From: Candidatus Bathyarchaeota archaeon | GTDB lineage: Archaea; Thermoproteota; Bathyarchaeia; Bathyarchaeales; Bathyarchaeaceae | Direction: 5' to 3' | Length of the DNA stretch: 64,000 bases | Assembly (NCBI GenBank): GCA_963806645.1 | Contig: CAWDYQ010000002.1 | Location: 200,050 to 264,049 of the forward strand | Shown: positions 1 through 8,653 of the stretch, in pieces | How the letters are laid out: the number at the start of each line of letters is the position of its first letter | Numbering within the stretch: the first letter of the stretch is position 1 | Notes under the pieces: generated by a model | What the model was told of the DNA's origin: nothing | What the model saw: only the letters and a program-made list of their open reading frames with translations | Database searches by the model: none | Position numbers and translations under genes: made by a program

Positions 1-45
1 TGGATCAGCGGGTTCTTTTTCCATCATGGATTTTAACCAAGACAT
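1..45 (-). CDS. 5' end of a gene running off the window (MSWLKSMMEKEPADP...), product unknown
   Basis: ATG at 45-43 preceded by purine-rich AAGGAAGGAA on the minus strand; frame open to the window edge. Confidence 0.5.
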   Translation of the reverse strand, partial: MSWLKSMMEKEPADP

Positions 46-221
46 TAAAATTCCTTCCTTTTATATAGAACAACTGGGGTTTTATGGAAAGACCCGCGTA
101 TAAGCTTTTTGTCAAAACAATATTGAAATGTAATTTTTGGTATAAATTTTTTAAACAAACTTAAAAGAGCAATAAGGAACATAGTTTCTTCAGGAAAAGT
201 GTATCCCTAAAGGTGTTCTAG

Positions 222-962
222 TTGCTAATTAAAGGTCTGAAGGGTTTATTCGGTTTCTTGACAATAATTCCTTTTGGAATGGAATCAATTGAGGCAATAT
301 CCAAGTATTTTTTTCTGTCTCCGATGGTTGGAATAATAATTGGATTAATTGCTGGAATCGTAGGTTTTGGAACAAGCATTATTTTGCCACATTCTGTTTC
401 CGGTTTTCTTACTTTGGTTAGCATCCAGCTTCTAACAGGTTTTCATCATTTAGATGGACTTTTGGATTTCAGTGACGCAGCAATGGCTAGGGGGGACACT
501 AAACGAAGGTTAGAAGTAATGCATGATATGTTTACTGGTGCGGCGGCTGTAGGATCTGGAGTAATAGTTCTTGTTTTGACAGGTTTAGCTTTTGGAAACT
601 TTTCGGGGTGGGACATTTTAAAGGCGACAGTCGTTGCTGAGGTCATGGCAAAAGAAAGCATGGTTTTAACTGCCTACTTGGGGAGACTGCCGAATTACAA
701 GGGTATGGGATATTTTGTCGTCGAATCTATGAAGAATAAACACATTGAGGCTGTTTTTTCTTTACTCTTGTGCTCAGTTGTAGGTTTTATTTTGTTAGGA
801 GTACCTTTTGTTTGGGTTCTTGTTGCACAGGGGATTTCTGTGTTGATATTAAAAGTTTATGTCAACAATACATTAGAGAGCGTAACTGGCGACGTTATGG
901 GAGCAGCTAACGAAATTAATCGAATGATTACCCTAATTATTATTCTTGCATTTGCAGTATAG
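222..962 (+). CDS. cobS: Adenosylcobinamide-GDP ribazoletransferase (cobalamin synthase)
   Basis: Hydrophobic 246 aa; FLTIIP, TGFHHLDGLLDFSDA and TGDVMGAANE motifs typical of CobS. Confidence 0.93.
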   Translation: MLIKGLKGLFGFLTIIPFGMESIEAISKYFFLSPMVGIIIGLIAGIVGFGTSIILPHSVSGFLTLVSIQLLTGFHHLDGLLDFSDAAMARGDTKRRLEVMHDMFTGAAAVGSGVIVLVLTGLAFGNFSGWDILKATVVAEVMAKESMVLTAYLGRLPNYKGMGYFVVESMKNKHIEAVFSLLLCSVVGFILLGVPFVWVLVAQGISVLILKVYVNNTLESVTGDVMGAANEINRMITLIIILAFAV

Positions 963-1095
963 GGAAAAATTGTTAATTTAAGATCATCACTTATTCATTT
1001 TCTTTAGAAGAAAATAGTTTTGAAAGAAATTGAATTATTCGGTGTTAATTGAAGTAAAACTTTCTATTTAGCATAGCTTTTATCTTTCTGTTTGT

Positions 1096-1296
1096 TTATT
1101 CGGTTTTGGTTACTATTAGAAAGATTCCCAATACCAGGACTATTACTCCAATAAGTGTGAATATCCCCGAAAAATTGCTGATGTCACCTGCAGGGGGATT
1201 AAGAGAGGAATTAGCAACTATCGCTCCTATAATTATGAGTATTATCCCGAATAGTTTTTCTGCAACGAATAATCCCATAGGCAAATTCTCACTCAT
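1096..1296 (-). CDS. Small two-TM membrane protein (MSENLPMG..., 66 aa)
   Basis: Two hydrophobic segments; ATG at 1296 more plausible than the track start at 1398. Confidence 0.7.
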   Translation of the reverse strand: MSENLPMGLFVAEKLFGIILIIIGAIVANSSLNPPAGDISNFSGIFTLIGVIVLVLGIFLIVTKTE

Positions 1297-1446
1297 TCTT
1301 GAGCCCTCAAGAGTTATCTTAACTGTCTCAGGACTTATTTTAATATAATGGTCCCTTAAAATAAAAATGACTGTTTGAAATAACAAATTGTTAAACATCG
1401 AATGTAGTATACAAATTAATTAATCTCTATTTTAGAAAAAGACGAA

Positions 1447-1827
1447 TTAAATAACCGTGTATTTCAGCACATTTCCTTCTCGGTCTAGTACTACTATATC
1501 CTTTTCTGATGCGTATGGATAAGCTGTTATCAGCATTATTCTACCATAGAACTTGTTCAAGTCGGTAATGGATGGACGAAGAGCACCTGAGGGATGAGAA
1601 TGAGCAACACCTATAACTGAAAAATCAATTGGAAGTCGACTCAAAGGAAAAGCAGAAAAGCTGCTCCCATGAGTCGATAAAGGAGGAATCTGAACATCAG
1701 TAACCACAAGTTTATGTTTACTTACTTTCCCTTTTAAAAGAAGAATCGATTCTCGGGGATGAAACATCTGTGCATAACTCAAAATGCTATCTACAACCGA
1801 ACAATTAACATAAACCTCTTTATCCAA
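1447..1827 (-). CDS. JAMM/MPN+ (Mov34) metalloprotease
   Basis: E...HSHPSGALRPSITD matches the E-xn-HxH-x7-S-x2-D JAMM motif. Confidence 0.88.
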   Translation of the reverse strand: MDKEVYVNCSVVDSILSYAQMFHPRESILLLKGKVSKHKLVVTDVQIPPLSTHGSSFSAFPLSRLPIDFSVIGVAHSHPSGALRPSITDLNKFYGRIMLITAYPYASEKDIVVLDREGNVLKYTVI

Positions 1828-1859
1828 ACAAAATCCAACCTTTAGTCAACCATGAACCT

Positions 1860-2219
1860 TCATGGGTCATTTATTACTGCTTTTTGGTAAGCTTGTAAAT
1901 AGTTTTTAGCAAAACTGTTGGCATATTTCTCTATGCCTCCCTGGGCGTCAGTAACGTTCCTAAGGTGATGATAGAACTCGTGGAGAATAACGTGTGGGTT
2001 CCCGAGAATCTCCCTCCGAGAAACATGGATTGTTTGTTTATTTCCAACGTAACATGCAGGATTATTTGAGTAACGTTTTGGCATTCCAACTGTTAGTTTA
2101 GGCTTTATAATACCGTAATGTTTACTCAATAGTTCAAGAGCTTCATCAGTATCGGTGGAGAGAATCAAGTAAACGACCTTCGCTCTAAACAAAATATCTG
2201 CAGTTATCATATCTAACAA
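1860..2219 (-). CDS. Small HEXXH zincin-like protein
   Basis: ILHEFYHHL motif followed by E-x-x-A-N (EKYANSF). Confidence 0.7.
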   Translation of the reverse strand: MLDMITADILFRAKVVYLILSTDTDEALELLSKHYGIIKPKLTVGMPKRYSNNPACYVGNKQTIHVSRREILGNPHVILHEFYHHLRNVTDAQGGIEKYANSFAKNYLQAYQKAVINDP

Positions 2220-2333
2220 ACCTTACTCACTACGAAACTCAACTATTTTTCTTTATTCCTAGACGTTCCAAATTGAATGGTTTAGGTTATAATTCCTAAA
2301 AAGCTGTATTGTGGTTTCAAAAAAGCATATGAA

Positions 2334-2418
2334 AGAGAAAGCAGTACCCTAATCTTTAATAAAACTGAGCCATCAGGGGGAGATAAAGCTAGTTTTAGAT
2401 CAAGGTACTGCTTTCCCC
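2334..2418 (-). ncRNA. Candidate hairpin small RNA with a C-rich apical loop
   Basis: Uninterrupted 22-bp stem (2418-2397 with 2334-2355) containing 4 G-U pairs possible only on the minus strand; TATA-like upstream, T-tract downstream. Confidence 0.6.
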
Positions 2419-2600
2419 AAAGAGGGCAAATGCCCTAAATAAGTATTGCTAAAATATCAGCACAAAAATCAGGTTAATATTAAGTTCCAAAACTTTGTAA
2501 AAAAATCGCGCAGAGGAAAAAATGACCTTACGTCTTAAAACATACATAGGCTTTATAGTTTTCATTTCAAGTAAACAACTTTTAGAGGAAAACTAAAGGA

Positions 2601-3695
2601 TTAGTCTGCCATTTCTTCTAGTTTTGCTGGTAGATACTCATCAACGATATAGGTTAATCCATAACGACTGAAAGCCTCTTGTTCTGCCTTCTTTTTAATC
2701 TTAAGAAAGGTCTTAATTTCCCGTTTCCATAATTCGCCAGTATATCGGGGATCTTTCTCTAACTCGTGAAGCCGTTTAATATCAACATCAGTTAAAGGAT
2801 CGGTGGGCAATTTATAGTCAATAATGTCAGTAGCGTAAACTCCGCCCCACTTGGCGTCAGGTGTAGTTAGTCCTCTAAGATGAGCAGCATTTGCCGAACC
2901 AGAAATAATAACCATAGCAATGTGCATTCCCCATGGATCACCATCAGTGAAAATGTAAACAGGAAGATCCAACTCACGATTGAGTCGGTGAAGGAAATGT
3001 CTGGTCGCTCTAGGAGCTTGACCGGCTGTCAAAACGAGAAGTGCATTAAACTTTTCGTGAACCCGCTCCTCAATAAATCGGGTAAACAAGCCACCCTTTT
3101 CGATTGCAATAACTTTGTCACAACCAGCTTTGGCAAACACTGAAGAAACCACAGAAGGACCTATCATAACACCGTCAGGATGAGAAGTCATGTTCAACTG
3201 TTTTCCTTCATAACCTGGAACAGTATATTCAATGGTTAAATCTCCAAAAAGTGCTGAACGTTCCTCAGGAAATACGTTAAAGTCCTCTCTAGCAAAACCT
3301 GTAGCAGTCTCTAAGTCAGTTAGGATGTTGTTTGACTCTGGCTGATCCTTAAAGGTCATCTCATAAGCTTGAGCAGAATAGTACACATCCCTAAGAGTTG
3401 AAGTTTTTCTATTCTTAACAAGCTCACTAGCGAAGAACCCCGCCCAAACCATTTGGGTGAAAGGTTTAAGGTGTCTAATATTCCGGGAAGTACGTTTAAC
3501 ACTCTTTTCCCCTAAAACGTATTGCCTTACATCAGGACTATAAAAAATGTTTTCTGTTGAACGGCTAGGCATCTCCACCCAAGGAAAGCTCCCCTTATCC
3601 ATTTGATCATATAGTGTACCACCAAATTCCTTAAGATCATTTAGAACATCTTCTTTTTTATTTTTGGCTGAAATTTCAGTTTCCTTCCGCGTCAT
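2601..3695 (-). CDS. top6A: DNA topoisomerase VI subunit A
   Basis: TLRDVYY catalytic Tyr region; TOPRIM motifs AIEK and FTDGDPWG. Confidence 0.97.
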   Translation of the reverse strand: MTRKETEISAKNKKEDVLNDLKEFGGTLYDQMDKGSFPWVEMPSRSTENIFYSPDVRQYVLGEKSVKRTSRNIRHLKPFTQMVWAGFFASELVKNRKTSTLRDVYYSAQAYEMTFKDQPESNNILTDLETATGFAREDFNVFPEERSALFGDLTIEYTVPGYEGKQLNMTSHPDGVMIGPSVVSSVFAKAGCDKVIAIEKGGLFTRFIEERVHEKFNALLVLTAGQAPRATRHFLHRLNRELDLPVYIFTDGDPWGMHIAMVIISGSANAAHLRGLTTPDAKWGGVYATDIIDYKLPTDPLTDVDIKRLHELEKDPRYTGELWKREIKTFLKIKKKAEQEAFSRYGLTYIVDEYLPAKLEEMAD

Positions 3696-5436
3696 ACTTA
3701 CTCACACTCTTTAACAACAACTCAATATTCGGCATTTCAGACTTTCCAGCCAAATCAGTAGAGAAACGTGCTATCTTAGGTAAATACTTGGAAAAAACAG
3801 TCAACCGTTTCTTCTCCTTAGCTACATGCTCTCGCTTAGCCAAAAACATCTGCAAGCGACGAGCCACTTCACGGATACCATTTAAAATCTCAGCTTTAAC
3901 CTCAGGCCGGTCAGCAATGAATTCTTTTCCCACTGTTTTGTAGGGAACCTTTGTGCTACAAAGATGAATAAGAATGGCTAAGGGCATACCAGAGGCAACT
4001 TTGTATCGTCTCCAGTTTATACCTCTAATCACCCTCACTGAAACATCACTGGCTTCATCATACAAGAGTGGAATCTTGTTGGCAAAACGGTAAACTGTAA
4101 TATCATCCTTTTTTGGGATTTCTCCACCATAGGCTATTGCAGTCTCAATTATGAATGGGTGACCCGCGTAGGTTGAGGGTTTTCTCTGAGATACTGCAAT
4201 AAACTCTGGCTTCAGTTCCTTGAGAATGCCTGTCTTCAACAAGTCTTCCCCTAATGGAGATAGACAACTCGCATCTGGAGGAAGAAAACTATCAAACTGT
4301 TTCATCATACGAACAAGCCTCACAATTTCGTCAGGACGAAGTTTCTTTGGATTCTTTGTTCTCACTAAACTTGCAGATGTAAGCAAACGAAGTATGATAG
4401 TCCTCTCAACATCTGGAAACGCCTTTTCCATTACTTCAAGAATCTTTTGAGATTTAGTTTTCTTCAATGCCTCTTTAATTATTCCTTCACTTGATTTCCC
4501 AAAAATATGTCTAAATTTCTTGAATTTCTTGATGGATTCTACAAGCCGTTCAACATCTTCAGGTTTCATTTTCTGAGGATTAGCTGTTCTCACGAAACCT
4601 GCAAAATCCAAAAAACTAAGAGAGGTCCCTTTTCCGACTCGATGGAAATGTTTTTGCATAAAGTCCAACAGGTTTCGAGTGTTTGTAATTCGGATTAAAC
4701 GCTGAAGTGTTTCAACATCAACTCCGTAAGGATGTGCCAAAGTTTCTGTTGGTGGAGGAGGCATCTTAGTAGTAGCCCGAGTGAACATGTATAATCTGCC
4801 TTTGGGATCAACGAATCTGATGTCAGCGTAAGGTGTAACCAGTGCTGTCTGTTTCAGGTACTCCAGAATCTTAGACATTGCTCTGTAGTAGTCGCCCTCT
4901 AGAGAATATTCAACGATGGTGCCACGCCATTTTTCGCTGTTTCTCCGAGTTTTTCGATCCAAGATTAGTGGACGGTTTCTCTGTATATCTATCATCAGCT
5001 TATATTCATAAACTTTAGATCCTCCTGTGCTGGAGCGGATGAGAACAGGCTTGTGGGTGGTAATCTGCCCATAAAGAATAGCCATTGTTCCACCTAAACC
5101 AAAAGTTCCACGTGCTTGTTTGAGTTTGTAGTTTGAGCCGAACAAAACCTGACCGAAAGCAGATGGAATGTGACGCGCGGCTATTCCAGAGCCGTTATCC
5201 ATGATTTTTAGAGTATATACTCCATTACCTGATTCATTTGATGTAGTGATTCCGTTTTCCTCAGTTAGTCTCACATACACTTCTGGAGGAACACTCATTT
5301 GATCAGCAGAATCAAGAGAGTTCTCAACAAGCTCCCTAACTGACACAAAGATTGCTCGTGAAGGATTTGTGAATCCGGCTATGTCCCGGTTTCGGTAGAA
5401 AAAATCTGCAGGACTAATCTCTTGGAAGGTCACCAA
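3676..5436 (-). CDS. top6B: DNA topoisomerase VI subunit B (with duplicated H2TH region)
   Basis: GHKL motifs RELVENSLD, DNGSGI and RGTFGLGG; YRFANKIPL transducer region. Confidence 0.97.
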   Translation of the reverse strand: MVTFQEISPADFFYRNRDIAGFTNPSRAIFVSVRELVENSLDSADQMSVPPEVYVRLTEENGITTSNESGNGVYTLKIMDNGSGIAARHIPSAFGQVLFGSNYKLKQARGTFGLGGTMAILYGQITTHKPVLIRSSTGGSKVYEYKLMIDIQRNRPLILDRKTRRNSEKWRGTIVEYSLEGDYYRAMSKILEYLKQTALVTPYADIRFVDPKGRLYMFTRATTKMPPPPTETLAHPYGVDVETLQRLIRITNTRNLLDFMQKHFHRVGKGTSLSFLDFAGFVRTANPQKMKPEDVERLVESIKKFKKFRHIFGKSSEGIIKEALKKTKSQKILEVMEKAFPDVERTIILRLLTSASLVRTKNPKKLRPDEIVRLVRMMKQFDSFLPPDASCLSPLGEDLLKTGILKELKPEFIAVSQRKPSTYAGHPFIIETAIAYGGEIPKKDDITVYRFANKIPLLYDEASDVSVRVIRGINWRRYKVASGMPLAILIHLCSTKVPYKTVGKEFIADRPEVKAEILNGIREVARRLQMFLAKREHVAKEKKRLTVFSKYLPKIARFSTDLAGKSEMPNIELLLKSVSKYDAEGN

Positions 5437-5660
5437 AGCAAGTTTCCACCGAAACTAAACATTGTATACTGTAAAAAATATTTTTTTAATTTTTTTGTGT
5501 TGCCTATATGATATTCTGGGATAATAATCGAGTTTGAAGGGTATTGTATTGTATATAGCAACATGTCAGGTTCATTCATAATTCTGTATGATAGGTATTT
5601 CAATGTTTTTGTAAAATTTAAAGGTTAACTAATTTGTGTTAGTTTGTACAATTTTTTGGA

Positions 5661-6239
5661 TTAGCTTCTGTATGTTGGTTCCCAGAGTTGCAGTCTCTGT
5701 TTCTTGAGTTCTCTACGTTTTTTATGTAGAAAACGGTACACGGTTCCATGAAGACTTCCCCCGATTAGCATACTTACAGCTTCCCGTGCAATTGCAGCTT
5801 GATCAGGGTATCCGATTATCGAAATCGTGTGACCATAAACTGAAATATTTGCCTCGCTTAATTCTTCGACGATTCTTCGAGTTTTACCTTCCTTTCCTAT
5901 TACTCTTCCTTTCAAGCGTTTCAAATCGGACGGTGACCTTCCCACAGTTTCCCGAAGATCTATCACCTCAAAAACAATCTCTTCATCATCGAGTAACCTA
6001 AAAGCATGTTCTGGTGCGAAACCTCTACCTATAGCTGTAACTACTTCTTTGGCTCTGAACAAAACCGTAGGGTCCTCAGCCATTGGCGGAAGTGTTATCT
6101 GAACTGTTCCATCTTCGCTATTTACATTCAGATCAACAGAAAGTTTTCGCTCAATAACTGCTTTGACAGTACCATTTGGACCAACTAGAGCCCCAATGCG
6201 GTCTCCCGGAATTTTAACGTATGATTTGCTTCCTTCCAC
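5661..6239 (-). CDS. KH-domain pre-rRNA processing protein (Dim2/Pno1 family)
   Basis: Three KH domains (LVGPNG, AIGRGF, VIGKEG); adjacent to rio1; GTG start at 6239 likely. Confidence 0.92.
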   Translation of the reverse strand: MEGSKSYVKIPGDRIGALVGPNGTVKAVIERKLSVDLNVNSEDGTVQITLPPMAEDPTVLFRAKEVVTAIGRGFAPEHAFRLLDDEEIVFEVIDLRETVGRSPSDLKRLKGRVIGKEGKTRRIVEELSEANISVYGHTISIIGYPDQAAIAREAVSMLIGGSLHGTVYRFLHKKRRELKKQRLQLWEPTYRS

Positions 6240-7020
6240 TTGTAATCCTCCTATACATCTCATCTACTGATAATATTTCTGACACCTTCCTACTGAAATA
6301 CCTATGCAAATTCTCCAGGTCTCTTTGCATAAACTTGTCAGCCATAGGATGTTTAATTAACACTGATTGTGCAACGTCAAAAATCACAGGTCGCCCTTTC
6401 CAAATCATGACGTTATATTCACTCAAGTCCGCGTGGACCAATCCCCCTTTACGATAAAGCCGCTTAAGATACGTTAAAAGAAGTCTAAAAGTTTTTTCAG
6501 AGTCTTCTAAAGTGGTTTCTTTCATTAGAGGTGCACGGACACCATTCTTACCGATGAACTTCATTATGAGAACGTTCTTTTGAATTGCCAAAGGTTCAGG
6601 AACGTTGACTCCTGCTTCTTTGGCACGCTGCAAATTCTTGAATTCTTTTTGAGCCCAAGTATATATTAGTGATCGGGTGTCTCTACGAACATGAACGAAT
6701 CTGGGATCGCCCTCTATGTATGGGATCATGCCCTTCTTGAATTCAGCAGAACTGGTTAGGTAAATTTTTATTGCTAGTTCGTTTCCTTGGTTGTCTTTTC
6801 CCCAGTAGACTCGTGCCTCTTTTCCAGCGTTTACAACTCCATGAATTTCATCGATTATCCCTTTATTCATGAAGTCGTAGATGACCATTAGAGTGGAACG
6901 GTCAAAAACCTCTTCGATAACTTGATAATCTTCGCTCCGCTTATTTTTCATAAGGGAATCGATTTCGTACGCTTTTTGCTTCCTACTAAGTCGTTCATCC
7001 ACTTTCTTTCTAAAAGACAC
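6214..7020 (-). CDS. rio1: RIO1 serine/threonine kinase
   Basis: GKEARVY, AIKIY, VHADLSEYN and IFDVAQSV motifs. Confidence 0.95.
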   Translation of the reverse strand: MSFRKKVDERLSRKQKAYEIDSLMKNKRSEDYQVIEEVFDRSTLMVIYDFMNKGIIDEIHGVVNAGKEARVYWGKDNQGNELAIKIYLTSSAEFKKGMIPYIEGDPRFVHVRRDTRSLIYTWAQKEFKNLQRAKEAGVNVPEPLAIQKNVLIMKFIGKNGVRAPLMKETTLEDSEKTFRLLLTYLKRLYRKGGLVHADLSEYNVMIWKGRPVIFDVAQSVLIKHPMADKFMQRDLENLHRYFSRKVSEILSVDEMYRRITSGRKQIIR

Positions 7021-7222
7021 GTTTAACCCAACTGCTAAACGATGAGGTTTTGGAGTTTATCATTTTCAATAAAGAAATAGGCACTAGTTTGATTATGTCC
7101 TTCCTTTTTCTTCAAGGATACACCCTTTTGAATAGAAGAATGCTCGACTATTTAGGTCTCTCTGCAATCAAGTTAAACCAGAAAGCAATGAAGAATCTCT
7201 ATTAGAGTGTTTCCCAAATTAT

Positions 7223-7609
7223 TTGTGGAAGGCTTCAATAAAGGTGAAAGATCAGATGAAGTTTGTTAAACTAAACGAAAAAGAGTGGTTACACAGGCAG
7301 GGATACTCAAAGAAAATTTTACTTACTGAGGAAGACTTGAAATCTAAAGGAAACATTGTTCAAATTGTCAAGAATGAAGCACATACAGAAATAAAACCTC
7401 ACTACCACAATCAGATGATTGAAATCTACCACATTTTAAAGGGAAATGCTGTTCTTTTCTGTGGAAACACGAAAGTAAAAGCACAGCCAGGAGATACGTT
7501 ACTTTGTGAACCCCGAGAAATTCACGGCTTAGTAAACGATACAGACGAGGATTTTCTGTTTGCAGTCTTTAAAATAAACGCAGAAGATGATGATCTTACA
7601 TGGGTATAG
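7223..7609 (+). CDS. Cupin domain protein (start may be ATG 7256)
   Basis: PHYH...EIYHILKG and GD...PREIH cupin motifs. Confidence 0.85.
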   Translation: MWKASIKVKDQMKFVKLNEKEWLHRQGYSKKILLTEEDLKSKGNIVQIVKNEAHTEIKPHYHNQMIEIYHILKGNAVLFCGNTKVKAQPGDTLLCEPREIHGLVNDTDEDFLFAVFKINAEDDDLTWV

Positions 7610-7612
7610 TTT

Positions 7613-7909
7613 CTACATCTTGACAATCTGAGCGTGGGGAACTCCACATATTTCCAGAACTGCTTCCGGATGAACCAGACCATGCTCTATGGCTTTTTTT
7701 ACTATATTAGGTCCAACCATATTTACTACAGTAGATTCTTCCATAAGTTCTATAGCATCTTCAATTGGTAGTTTTGGACCTTTATAGAACTCTTCTCTAA
7801 CCTTGAAAACTATTTTTCCATCTCTAAGAATCTCACCTAACAGTTCCTCGTCACAGGCTGCAAGAAGAACATGTTCCCCACATTTGCTTAGCTTAGCATA
7901 AACTTCCAA
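7613..7909 (-). CDS. DUF424 family protein
   Basis: LLAACDEELLG, FYKG, NMVG and GVPHAQ signature; usual neighbour of aIF-2beta. Confidence 0.88.
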   Translation of the reverse strand: MEVYAKLSKCGEHVLLAACDEELLGEILRDGKIVFKVREEFYKGPKLPIEDAIELMEESTVVNMVGPNIVKKAIEHGLVHPEAVLEICGVPHAQIVKM

Positions 7910-7920
7910 AGTTAAGAACC

Positions 7921-8325
7921 CTACAAAGTTGATATGGATGACCTTGCACCGCAGGCTTCACATACCAGAAACAGGAAACGCTTATCCTTAACGATCTTTG
8001 TATCAGGACGAGTACAAACTGGACATACTACAAACTCTTTGACATATCTTTGGATCAGTCGTTCAAAGGTGTCGTAGCCAAATTTTCCTTGAAAGATCGC
8101 ACGGTTCCTCTGCATGGTTGCTGCTGTGGCCATCTCTCCTGAAAAGAACTTCAAAATATGACGGGGATCTCTGTTAAGGGCTTCACTTATCTCCCTAAAA
8201 TTCGATAAAATTGTACGCATGCCAACGACATGACTTCTAGGTGTTGGAACCTCAAAACGTTTGTGTTCATGTACATCTAAAGGAAGCTGCGATCGAGCAC
8301 GATCAAGCAATTCTTTGTAGTTCAT
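7921..8325 (-). CDS. eif2b: Translation initiation factor aIF-2 beta
   Basis: YKELLDRA, RFEVP and C-terminal CPVC...CEACGA zinc ribbon; ATG at 8325. Confidence 0.95.
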   Translation of the reverse strand: MNYKELLDRARSQLPLDVHEHKRFEVPTPRSHVVGMRTILSNFREISEALNRDPRHILKFFSGEMATAATMQRNRAIFQGKFGYDTFERLIQRYVKEFVVCPVCTRPDTKIVKDKRFLFLVCEACGARSSISTL

Positions 8326-8515
8326 CCATAACCCTACCCTACAGGAGTTTTGCCTCAAATAAAAGCCCTTCTCTTTTTCTTACCGACCCATACTATTGTA
8401 TTCTACAAAAGAACCAAATGAAAGAATTCTTTAGGAAATGTTCTTTGGCAACAAGACTAAAACAGAAAATCCTTAAATCTTAACTTGACAATCGGTAATT
8501 AGAAAAATTGCTGGA

Positions 8516-8593
8516 GGGCCCGTAGCTCAGTTTGGTTAGAGCGCCAGGCTCATAACCTGGTGGTCGCCGGTTCAAATCCGGCCGGGCCCACCA
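8516..8593 (+). tRNA. tRNA with CAU anticodon, probably tRNA-Ile2; encoded CCA, no intron
   Basis: Cloverleaf with GGGCCCG/CGGGCCC acceptor, CCAGG-CT-CAT-AA-CCTGG anticodon arm and GGTTCAAATCC T arm. Confidence 0.93.
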
Positions 8594-8653
8594 AAATTTC
8601 TGGCAAAAAGTTTTACTGACCTACTGCTTAGTTGTTATGATAAGTGATCAAAC

